UHGV virus genome: UHGV-0314755
Reading direction: 5' to 3' (one strand)
Length of the DNA stretch: 10,374 bases
Origin: a virus
The notes under the pieces were generated by a model, which was not told the origin of the DNA, searched no databases, and was given only the letters and a program-made list of their open reading frames with translations. Below, one piece after another: positions 1 through 7,338 of this stretch. The first letter of the stretch is position 1, and each line of letters begins with the position of its first letter. A program made the translations under genes and the position numbers.

Positions 1-37
1 GTGGCGTGTTCAGCAGAAAACTCAGCTCAAGGAACAA

Positions 38-2170
38 ATGGGGCAGCAAGCATGGATAGGAAATATCGCTCAAAAATACAACGAGTTTCTTCAGGTTAAT
101 GGAGAGCCAGGGGATCTTGGTGGTGTGAGTCGTGCAATATCACATGGTAATTCATTGGATGCTCGTGGTTTACGTAATAATAACCCTGGTAATATTGAAG
201 CGAGCAAATCTAACCCGTGGGAAGGTCAGATCGGTAGCGATGGACGTTTTGCAACGTTTGCTACCCCTGAGCATGGAATCCGCGCGTTGGGTAAAAATAT
301 GTTGTCTTACCAGCGTCAAGGCTATGACACCGTTAGCGAGATTGTTAATCGCTATGCTCCGGCTAGTGATGGTAATAATACTGATGCTTATATTAGGGCA
401 TTGTGTGGTGAGCTTGGTGTTGGGGAGAATGATCAGCTTGATATCTCTAACCCAAAGACACTAGCTGCTTTATGTGCTGGGATTATTAAACACGAAAATG
501 GCAGTATGCCTTATAGCACCGAACAGCTTGAAACTGGTATCTCGGCAGCCCTTGGTCTAACTAACCTTGATTCACCTAAGCGTTATACGGGCAATGCGGC
601 ATTTGATGCTATGAGCCCTCAAATGCAAATACAGGCATTGAGGCAGGCTAATGAGCTGAGAAATCAGTACCGCCAGCAGTATGCGGACCAGCTTAGCACC
701 GTAGTTAAAGATGCATATTCAGCCCTTGATGAAGGATTGAAACCTGAGAAGTTACCTTCTGAGGACGATTTTATCCGGGCCAATGGTCCGCGCATTGGCG
801 CTATGAAGTGGAAGGATATGCAGGCGCAGATACAATATGGAGGTGTCATTGGTGCCGCTAAAGACCTCACTCCAGAAGGACGACAAGACATTCTTGAACG
901 TTTACGTCCACAGGATCCAAACGCTCCTGGATTTGCTGCTAACCAGCAACGCTGGGAGAAAATGCAGGCCAAATTTAAAGAGATGGATAGGGAGTGGGAG
1001 ATTCAGCAGGGAAGAAACAGGTTCGTGTCTTCAATGCAAAATAACTTCCCGCTGGACCCGAACGACAAAAACAATCAGGCAGCGGTAGACCGTTATTTCG
1101 CGCAGGATATCGCGCCTTCGTTTTCCATATCTGATCCGCAGAGCATCAATACACTGGTCACCGTCACAACTAAAAGCGGCATGATACCAACTCAGGTTAA
1201 AACAATGCTTAACAGTGGAGCAACATCAAGAGATCCTGCGCTGGTTGTCCCGATGGCAAAATTCTACGGTCAGTTATTCGATAATAATCCGGCGGCAGCG
1301 GCAACACTTGATAAAAGTACGATGGCATTTTACGGCAAGGTTTACGATTATTCCCGCGCTGGCGTGCCGGAGGATAAGGCTGTTGATATGGCTTACAGCC
1401 AGGTGTTCCAACAGGATGACCGAATGAAACAGATGCTTTCCACTGCCATGCGAGACAAAAAATATGTCGCGGCGAGGGCAACTGCTGCACAAAATAACGC
1501 CAGCAGTCTGACTTCCTTTGGTTCGTGGTCTCCGGATATTACCGATCCAGGAAAATCAAATGCGGCCTATCAGCGAGATTACCAGACAATTTACGATGCT
1601 AACTTTGTACAGACAGGTGGCGATGCAGAACAGGCTGAGAAAATGACCAATGCCATGATCAGAACCACCTGGGGAGTTTCTACGGTTAATGGCAAAGCAG
1701 AGGTTATGAAGTATGCACCTGAGGCATTGTACGGAGTAAATAATGGTGCTGGTAACTGGATACAGGGGCAGTGGGAGCAGGAAAAACGCGAGCTTAAATC
1801 AAAATCCTTTGGCGGTCCTCGCAGTGATACGGACTTAATACTTGTTTCTGATGGCCTTACGGCAAGGGATAGGAGTTATGCTGTTATGGTTTTACAGCCT
1901 GACGCAAACGGAGCGATAGAACCGAGAAATTATATTGGAGAAAATGGTCTCCCTGTTCGTTTCAAGCCGGATCAACTGACATCTCCAATGTACAGGCAAA
2001 CCATTCAGTTACAGCAACAGCGTGTTGATGAGGCTAGAGTGCGGAGAGAAGGCAATCCGCTGCCGCAGTTCAGCAATAAAGATGGATATACTCCTCCAGA
2101 TCTGACCAAACCATTCGGTTATGGTTCAGCCAATTACCTTCCGAGCAATATATACGCAGGGGGCAAATAA
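38..2170 (+). CDS. Phage internal virion / DNA-ejection (core) protein, 710 aa; the start may lie upstream of the window
   Basis: Long ORF with enteric-like composition. ATG at 38 is preceded by AAGGA (29-33), but the reading frame stays open back to base 2, so a 5' extension beyond the window cannot be excluded. Stop TAA (2168-2170) overlaps the next gene's ATG (TAATG), indicating translational coupling within a structural operon. Position just before a tailspike gene and size are typical of podovirus ejection/core proteins. The N-terminal ~100 aa contains a conserved-looking block (RGLRNNNPGNIE...GSDGRFATFATPEHGIRA). Product assignment is inference from context. Confidence 0.75.
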   Translation: MGQQAWIGNIAQKYNEFLQVNGEPGDLGGVSRAISHGNSLDARGLRNNNPGNIEASKSNPWEGQIGSDGRFATFATPEHGIRALGKNMLSYQRQGYDTVSEIVNRYAPASDGNNTDAYIRALCGELGVGENDQLDISNPKTLAALCAGIIKHENGSMPYSTEQLETGISAALGLTNLDSPKRYTGNAAFDAMSPQMQIQALRQANELRNQYRQQYADQLSTVVKDAYSALDEGLKPEKLPSEDDFIRANGPRIGAMKWKDMQAQIQYGGVIGAAKDLTPEGRQDILERLRPQDPNAPGFAANQQRWEKMQAKFKEMDREWEIQQGRNRFVSSMQNNFPLDPNDKNNQAAVDRYFAQDIAPSFSISDPQSINTLVTVTTKSGMIPTQVKTMLNSGATSRDPALVVPMAKFYGQLFDNNPAAAATLDKSTMAFYGKVYDYSRAGVPEDKAVDMAYSQVFQQDDRMKQMLSTAMRDKKYVAARATAAQNNASSLTSFGSWSPDITDPGKSNAAYQRDYQTIYDANFVQTGGDAEQAEKMTNAMIRTTWGVSTVNGKAEVMKYAPEALYGVNNGAGNWIQGQWEQEKRELKSKSFGGPRSDTDLILVSDGLTARDRSYAVMVLQPDANGAIEPRNYIGENGLPVRFKPDQLTSPMYRQTIQLQQQRVDEARVRREGNPLPQFSNKDGYTPPDLTKPFGYGSANYLPSNIYAGGK

Positions 2171-5100
2171 TGCCGATATATGAACAGAATCCTAAAGAGT
2201 TGCTTGGCGAGGATATTCAGCAAATAGCAGCACCTGATGACAGTAATTTCTATATGGAAACACCTTCTTTGCTTTCTGCTGTGAACCCATTTACCAGTGA
2301 TCAACGCGTTCAAAGGTCTAGACAAGCAGCATTTCGTATAGATAACACGCTGGGTAGCTTTATTGCCAGTGCTCCTTTCAGTCAGTTTGACAGGGTTGAA
2401 GGATATAACCCATTTGATAACGATGCAGCAGATATTAAAGGCTATGAAGATTTTGCAGATTCGTTTATCAACTCCGGTTCGCATGAAGAAACAATGGCAA
2501 TTAAACATCGAATCGATAAGCAAAGAACAGATAGAGAATATCTATCTGAAATGGGTGGTGCTGGTACTATTTCAAGCTTAGCAATGGGAATGATAGACCC
2601 GGTTAATGTGGCTGCAATGTTCATCCCTGTAGGGGCGGTAGCGCGTGGAGGAAGTATTGCTGAGACGGCAGGGCGTTTTGCCCTAGCGAATGCTGCTGGT
2701 GGGGGAGTATCAGAAGCCGCATTACAGGCCACTCAGGAAGCTCGCTCACCGATGGAGAGCGTATCGAACGTTGTTGTTGATGCTCTCGTTGGTGGGATCC
2801 TTGGTGCTGGTGCACAGCTACTTGCTGGACCTAGCGCGCGCGAGGCAGTGGTTAACTCAGTAGGTAATCATTTGCGAGGTATGGATTCTCCTCAAAGCAT
2901 TGGTGCAGCTCAGGTTTTCAATACCACACTCGATCAGGAACAGCTCGCTGGACTTGGACTTGCTAACAAAACGTTGAGTGTCACTCCTGCTGGCCGCTTG
3001 GCTCAATCACCATCTCTTGTCTCCCGTCAGATTAACCAGCAGCTTGCCGAAAATAACTATTTCTTCGCCAAAAATGATGAGGGGTTGGCTACGTTTACGG
3101 CAGTCGAGACTAAGATTAAGCAATACGACGCCATGCTTTATAAGCAGATGGAAGCCACTCGTGATGCTTACCAGCAGTACAGCAAATCTGTTAGCGCCCG
3201 CGGCGTGAAGAGGATGAGCTTTATTGATTTCAATGAAGCTGTTGGCATGGCTATGCGCCGTGGTGATCAGAGTGATATTCCTGAGGTTTCACAAGCAGCC
3301 GCCAGAATCCGCCCCATTTTCGAGACCACAAAAGCCCGTATGCAGGAACTGGGGATCCTTCCTGAGGATATCGATGTCGTGACGGCGAAAAGTTATCTTC
3401 CCCGCATTTATAAGTTCGATAAGATACTTTCCGACCGCACTGAATTCAGAGGGCGAATTGCCAACTGGATACAAGGGATTAGTGCCAAAGGTGCTGACAA
3501 AGCAGGTCAGCGAATTGAAAGGATAAATTCATTGCTAAAAACTGCAGAGGAATCGGCACCGCGCGCTGATGCTCTCGCTAGTGAAATCGCTGAAGCGGAG
3601 AAATGGTCTGGTAAAAAAATTCTACTTATGGAAGAACTGGATAAACGAAATAAGCTTATATCTCAGGAGACTGACACACAGGCGCGTCTTACAAGAATAG
3701 AAAAAGAGTTGGCCGAGACTTCATCAGAAAAACTTCAGGCAAGAATGATGAAAGAAAGCTCTGACCTTAAAACACGCCTTGATGATATAGCGCAGGCAAA
3801 GAGTGAGCTTCCTGTCTATCAGCGCCATATGGAGTTGCTGGATAATCCACGGAAATATCGTTCTGAGCTTCGCCGACTGCAAAAACGGGCAAATTCAACC
3901 ACAAGGCTGAATGCAAGCCGCGAACGAGCACTGAAGCAGATGGAGCCTCTATCCCGAGAGGAAGCAGAGGACGCTGCTGACGAGATCGTGAATAAAATAA
4001 TAGGCGCACCTTCCGGGCTTGTACCAGCCGATATTATCCCAGAGAGACTCGTTGGTCGGGCTGGTTTCACTAAAAGCAGAACGCTGCTTATTCCTGATGA
4101 GCGTATAGAAGATTTTCTTGAATCAGATGTTAACTACATCATGGAAAGTTATCTCCGGCAGGTGGCACCAGAAATTGAGCTGACTGCGCAGTTTGGCCGT
4201 AAAGATATGGGGGAGCAAATCCGTCAGGTTAGTGAGGAATATACCCGGCTAATAAAAGAGGCTAAAACACCTAAACGACGTGCAGTTCTTGAGAAGCAAC
4301 GGGAGGCTGATATTAGGGATATTACGGCTATGCGTGATCGACTGCTTGGTACTTACGGTGCACCTCAAGATCCACGCAGTTTCTTTGTTCGTGCCGGGCG
4401 AGTTGCTAGGAATATTAACTTCCTCCGTTTGCTTGGTGGAATGACTGTCTCCGCTGCAACTGATCTGATGCGACCGATGATGCAGCATGGCCTGAGAAAA
4501 TCTCTCGGACCAATGGTAAGCATGCTTAAAAATATGGACTCAGTGAAAATTGCAACCAGGGATTTGCGAGAAATGGCCGTTGGGCTTGATTATGTCCTGT
4601 CTACGCGTACAAAGGCTATAGCGGATCTTACTGACCCCTATAGCCGGAGAAGCGCCGCTGAGCGAGGTCTGAACTGGATGACGCAGAAATTCGGTAACTG
4701 GACGCTGATGAATCAGTGGAACAGCGCACTTAAATCATGGTCCGGGATGATAGTGCAGTCGAGGATACTTGACGCGGCTCGCCAAGTTTCTGCTGGTGGC
4801 ACGCTCTCCAAAAGTGAAATGCGGAAGATGGCACAGGTCGGCATCAATGAAGATGTTCTGCGCCGAATCGGGGAGCAATTCGGGAAGCACGGAGAGGATA
4901 TGGACGGGCTGTTAACCGGGCATAGTCATCTGTGGGATGACCGTTTCGCTAGAGAGATTTTCCAGTCTGCAGTGCTGAAAGATGTAGACTCAGTGATTGT
5001 AACGCCTGGCGTAGGTGATACACCGCTGTTTTTTAGTAAAGAAGGCTGGAAGATGATCACGCAGTTCAAAACGTTTATCTTCGCACAGCATAACAGGGTG

Positions 5101-5559
5101 CTAGTATCTGGTATCCAGCAGGGCGATGCTGCATTCTATCTTGGTGCGCTTGGCACGATTGCGCTTGGCTCAATGGTCTATATGATGAAACAGAAGTTAA
5201 GCGGTCGCGATATCGACTACAGCTGGAATAACCTTGTGAAAGAGGGGATCGACCGGGGCGGAATGCTTGGCTGGCTCTCTGAGCCGCTGAATACCGTTGA
5301 GAACATAAGCGGCGGTAGGTTTGGTCTTGGCGCGATGTTTGGTGCGCCTCCGGTATCAAGGTTTCAGAGTCGTAATGCTATTGGTGCTTTACTTGGTCCT
5401 ACCTTTGATCTTGGCGGTGATGCCGCGACGGTTGCGAATGGTGTACTTAACGGAGAATTTGACAGCCAGCAAACCCACGCGGTCCGTAAAATGCTACCTT
5501 TTCAGAACCTGTGGGCGATATCACCGTTACTAAATAAAGTTGAAGAGCAGATGAAATAG
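2170..5559 (+). CDS. Large phage internal virion / ejection protein (ejectosome or tail-hub-like), 1129 aa
   Basis: ATG at 2170 overlaps the upstream stop; SD AGGGGG (2158-2163) with a 6-nt spacer. The protein has Gly/Ala-rich hydrophobic segments (about aa 128-215, e.g. GGAGTISSLAMGMIDPVNVAAMFIPVGAVARGG and VVVDALVGGILGAGAQLLAG), a long charged heptad-like region (about aa 435-610, rich in E/K/R/L/Q) and a second hydrophobic patch near aa 990-1020. This composition is typical of channel-forming ejection proteins. Function is inferred, not shown by search. Confidence 0.8.
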   Translation: MPIYEQNPKELLGEDIQQIAAPDDSNFYMETPSLLSAVNPFTSDQRVQRSRQAAFRIDNTLGSFIASAPFSQFDRVEGYNPFDNDAADIKGYEDFADSFINSGSHEETMAIKHRIDKQRTDREYLSEMGGAGTISSLAMGMIDPVNVAAMFIPVGAVARGGSIAETAGRFALANAAGGGVSEAALQATQEARSPMESVSNVVVDALVGGILGAGAQLLAGPSAREAVVNSVGNHLRGMDSPQSIGAAQVFNTTLDQEQLAGLGLANKTLSVTPAGRLAQSPSLVSRQINQQLAENNYFFAKNDEGLATFTAVETKIKQYDAMLYKQMEATRDAYQQYSKSVSARGVKRMSFIDFNEAVGMAMRRGDQSDIPEVSQAAARIRPIFETTKARMQELGILPEDIDVVTAKSYLPRIYKFDKILSDRTEFRGRIANWIQGISAKGADKAGQRIERINSLLKTAEESAPRADALASEIAEAEKWSGKKILLMEELDKRNKLISQETDTQARLTRIEKELAETSSEKLQARMMKESSDLKTRLDDIAQAKSELPVYQRHMELLDNPRKYRSELRRLQKRANSTTRLNASRERALKQMEPLSREEAEDAADEIVNKIIGAPSGLVPADIIPERLVGRAGFTKSRTLLIPDERIEDFLESDVNYIMESYLRQVAPEIELTAQFGRKDMGEQIRQVSEEYTRLIKEAKTPKRRAVLEKQREADIRDITAMRDRLLGTYGAPQDPRSFFVRAGRVARNINFLRLLGGMTVSAATDLMRPMMQHGLRKSLGPMVSMLKNMDSVKIATRDLREMAVGLDYVLSTRTKAIADLTDPYSRRSAAERGLNWMTQKFGNWTLMNQWNSALKSWSGMIVQSRILDAARQVSAGGTLSKSEMRKMAQVGINEDVLRRIGEQFGKHGEDMDGLLTGHSHLWDDRFAREIFQSAVLKDVDSVIVTPGVGDTPLFFSKEGWKMITQFKTFIFAQHNRVLVSGIQQGDAAFYLGALGTIALGSMVYMMKQKLSGRDIDYSWNNLVKEGIDRGGMLGWLSEPLNTVENISGGRFGLGAMFGAPPVSRFQSRNAIGALLGPTFDLGGDAATVANGVLNGEFDSQQTHAVRKMLPFQNLWAISPLLNKVEEQMK

Positions 5560-6000
5560 CTATTCACAATTAGTGATGGCGTATGTATCAAATATATTGC
5601 CATCACTAAATACATACCTATACTCAATCTCTCCGCCAAGGTGAATAAATGCTTTCATTTGCCTGTTGGAGCAAATGCTCGATTTTGAATAATTTCGCAT
5701 TACACTCTTTAATTTATTTTCTAAGGTTACATCACCATTATAAACTTTTGATAAATAGCTGTTGTTGTAATTAAGATGCGCTACAACTAAGAGTTTGTTT
5801 AGTATTGCATTTATTGAAACAATAGACATATTATCATTCAATTTTATGGGAAGTGACTTTCCTGCTTCTGATGCAATTTTGTTTGCATGTGCACACATAT
5901 CCTCATTTATTAAATTCTTAAAACATATGTCGTTTGCAAACGAAAAAATTGGTAGGATAAACAAAACGGTAGCTGTAATAGCGTGCATCGGCTTAATCAT
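5560..6000 (-). CDS. Small secreted (periplasmic) protein of unknown function, 146 aa; AT-rich cargo gene
   Basis: Only long ORF in a strongly AT-rich segment. N-terminus MIKPMHAITATVLFILPIFSFA/ND has the shape of a Sec signal peptide (positive n-region, hydrophobic core, A-x-A-like cleavage site). The mature part has 4 Cys and is N/K/I/S-rich. An AAGG motif lies 7 nt upstream of the ATG at 6000 (minus strand). The stop (5560-5562) abuts the stop of the 1129-aa gene on the other strand. No recognised family. Confidence 0.5.
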   Translation of the reverse strand: MIKPMHAITATVLFILPIFSFANDICFKNLINEDMCAHANKIASEAGKSLPIKLNDNMSIVSINAILNKLLVVAHLNYNNSYLSKVYNGDVTLENKLKSVMRNYSKSSICSNRQMKAFIHLGGEIEYRYVFSDGNIFDTYAITNCE

Positions 6001-6012
6001 TAGGTGACCTTT

Positions 6013-6462
6013 ATGTTCAAGAAGATGATCAACAGATTAATCGGTGGTAAGGAGGTTAGCAATAAAATTCAACCTCTTATCTTTAAGGATAACTTTTCAG
6101 CTTTTGAGTATGCGTGTAAGTATCTTGACACAAGCCTTTCAGCCAATAAACCAATGCCAGCCATCATCATACCTGGTCCCAGTGGGGAACAGCCAGTTTT
6201 GCTGGATTCTGGAAGACAAAGGGCAATGCTGAAGGTGTGCTCAGCTGATGGTGGATTTTTTGTTATTGCCGATTCATCTTACAGCAAAGGACCAAAGCTG
6301 AGGATTGGTGATCTTGTTGCTTGGTTGCCTGTGAGTTATGCCGAAGAATTAACGGATAAAATAGAAGATCCTCGCTCCGCTATGGTTGGCTTTATATTGG
6401 GAACCATTCATCCTGAACTAACATCTACTGGCTGGAAGGGTAAAGAAAGATTTCGCAAGTAG
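6013..6462 (+). CDS. Hypothetical cytoplasmic protein, 149 aa (cargo gene)
   Basis: ORF open from GTG 6004; the preferred start is ATG 6013, with SD AGGTGA (6002-6007) and a 5-nt spacer. Ends TAG at 6460-6462 and is followed immediately by an intrinsic terminator. No TM segment or signal peptide. No recognisable family by eye. Confidence 0.6.
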   Translation: MFKKMINRLIGGKEVSNKIQPLIFKDNFSAFEYACKYLDTSLSANKPMPAIIIPGPSGEQPVLLDSGRQRAMLKVCSADGGFFVIADSSYSKGPKLRIGDLVAWLPVSYAEELTDKIEDPRSAMVGFILGTIHPELTSTGWKGKERFRK

Positions 6463-6475
6463 CGTGACATGTCAC

Positions 6476-6500
6476 AGGCCGCTTTCGCGGCCTTGTTTTT
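6476..6500 (+). terminator. Rho-independent terminator for the plus-strand transcript (after the 149-aa gene)
   Basis: 7-bp GC-rich stem AGGCCGC/GCGGCCT with loop TTTC (6476-6493), followed by TGTTTTT (6494-6500). It is preceded by a perfect 12-bp palindrome, GTGACATGTCAC (6464-6475). Confidence 0.7.
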
Positions 6501-6537
6501 AACGAATGCCACCGCCGCCCGGGTGGGAATCCGCAGA

Positions 6538-6563
6538 CACAAAAAAGCCCGCGCCGCGGGCTT
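6538..6563 (-). terminator. Rho-independent terminator for the minus-strand transcript (after the 210-aa gene); with the previous feature it forms a convergent terminator pair
   Basis: Palindrome AAGCCCGCG-C-CGCGGGCTT (6545-6563) followed on the minus strand by a T-run (plus-strand AAAAAA at 6541-6546). It lies 4 nt downstream of the TAA stop of the 210-aa gene (6567-6569, minus). Confidence 0.7.
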
Positions 6564-6566
6564 CTA

Positions 6567-7199
6567 TTAATGCAGTTTATCTTTGCTTATAACCAGTAGT
6601 CTGTGGGTATGCACATCTTTATCACTGCCCCAACAGAAATCAGCCCACTGGCTATAGAAATCATCCCATGATGTCATGAAGCTAAGAGGTCTATCTTCTT
6701 CAGAGCCATCTGAAACGTATACATTATATCCCGGGGTGTTTATAGCCCAAGAAATCATTCTTTCCCAGAATCTTCTCCCATCGATTGTTTGTTGCTCATC
6801 AGATACAACGATCGCATATTGCTCTAGGAAGAACTGAAAAAAAATCTGAGGCAAACCATGAACAGCACGGTCATGAATAACATTAGGCGTACGCCATACC
6901 ATGATCTGCGTACATGTTCTTTTGGCTTCGACGATATCTTCCCGAAAGATTAACTTAACCGCATACACCGTTTCTGGAGTATCGCTGGTAGTAATCATTC
7001 TGTAATGATCGCCATTACAAGATTTTACAAGGCGATAACCATAAGGTGTTGTGAATCCCGGAAGAACGAAATCAACCACACCTTTCGCTAAGTAGCTTTC
7101 GGTGTGACTAGTGTTCTTCTCAGACATGTTCAGTTTTCTATCGAAATCTGCTTCTGGGATAATGTATGGCATCGCTTTTCTTGTTGTATTTGTTTTCAT
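6567..7199 (-). CDS. Hypothetical protein, 210 aa (orphan cargo gene, Trp/aromatic-rich C-terminus)
   Basis: Strong SD GGGAGGA 5 nt upstream of ATG 7199 (minus strand). Clean ORF ending at a good terminator. No TM segment or signal peptide. Operator copy 1 (TTACC-N5-GGTAA) lies 60 bp upstream, overlapping a TAATAT -10-like hexamer. No family recognised; an R-x5-H motif (RTPNVIH) is noted but is too short to interpret. Confidence 0.7.
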   Translation of the reverse strand: MKTNTTRKAMPYIIPEADFDRKLNMSEKNTSHTESYLAKGVVDFVLPGFTTPYGYRLVKSCNGDHYRMITTSDTPETVYAVKLIFREDIVEAKRTCTQIMVWRTPNVIHDRAVHGLPQIFFQFFLEQYAIVVSDEQQTIDGRRFWERMISWAINTPGYNVYVSDGSEEDRPLSFMTSWDDFYSQWADFCWGSDKDVHTHRLLVISKDKLH

Positions 7200-7258
7200 T
7201 TCGTCCTCCCATGTTTGGCTACAGGACGCGTTTTGAAGGGAAGATTAAAAACGCTTTC

Positions 7259-7273
7259 TTACCCGTAAGGTAA
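7259..7273. promoter_or_regulatory. Operator copy 1: palindrome TTACC-cgtaa-GGTAA upstream of the 210-aa gene
   Basis: Exact TTACC(N5)GGTAA. It overlaps a candidate minus-strand -10 (TAATAT, 7278-7273), with a weak -35-like TTGGCG 18 bp further upstream (7302-7297). It is one of three copies in the window, all in non-coding regions upstream of or between minus-strand genes. Confidence 0.5.
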
Positions 7274-7315
7274 TATTACGCGAATCTACATCACATCGCC
7301 AATGATTATTTTAAA

Positions 7316-7331
7316 GGCACATCCCTGTGCC
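7316..7331 (-). terminator. Possible weak terminator or stem-loop just downstream of the antirepressor gene
   Basis: 6-bp stem GGCACA/TGTGCC with loop TCCC, starting 8 nt after the ant stop (7339-7341). The following minus-strand sequence is TTTAAAATAAT, a poor U-tract, hence low confidence. Confidence 0.3.
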
Positions 7332-7338
7332 GCCGCCG

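Noticed and set aside
132-1492. Several 70-110-aa ORFs on alternative frames and strands inside the 710-aa gene (132..464+, 664..972-, 837..1088+, 1209..1490-, 1215..1427+, 1274..1492-)
   Set aside because: They lie entirely within a long, well-supported ORF, lack SD sequences, and have Cys/Arg/Ser-rich compositions typical of off-frame translation. Judged spurious.
2134-5533. Small ORFs overlapping the 1129-aa gene (2134..2523-, 2363..2581+, 2442..2732-, 2621..2815-, 2978..3208+, 3289..3474-, 3767..4070-, 4249..4488-, 5075..5359-, 5321..5533+)
   Set aside because: Embedded in or antisense to the large coding region, with no start signals. Judged frame artefacts.
5795-6007. 70-aa plus-strand ORF antisense to the secreted-protein gene
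   Set aside because: It is shorter than the minus-strand ORF, which has a clear signal peptide, and has no SD. Probably non-coding, though very AT-rich DNA makes strand choice less certain.
6044-6232. 62-aa plus-strand ORF in an alternative frame within the 149-aa gene
   Set aside because: Overlaps the better-supported frame, which has an SD and a terminator. No independent signals.
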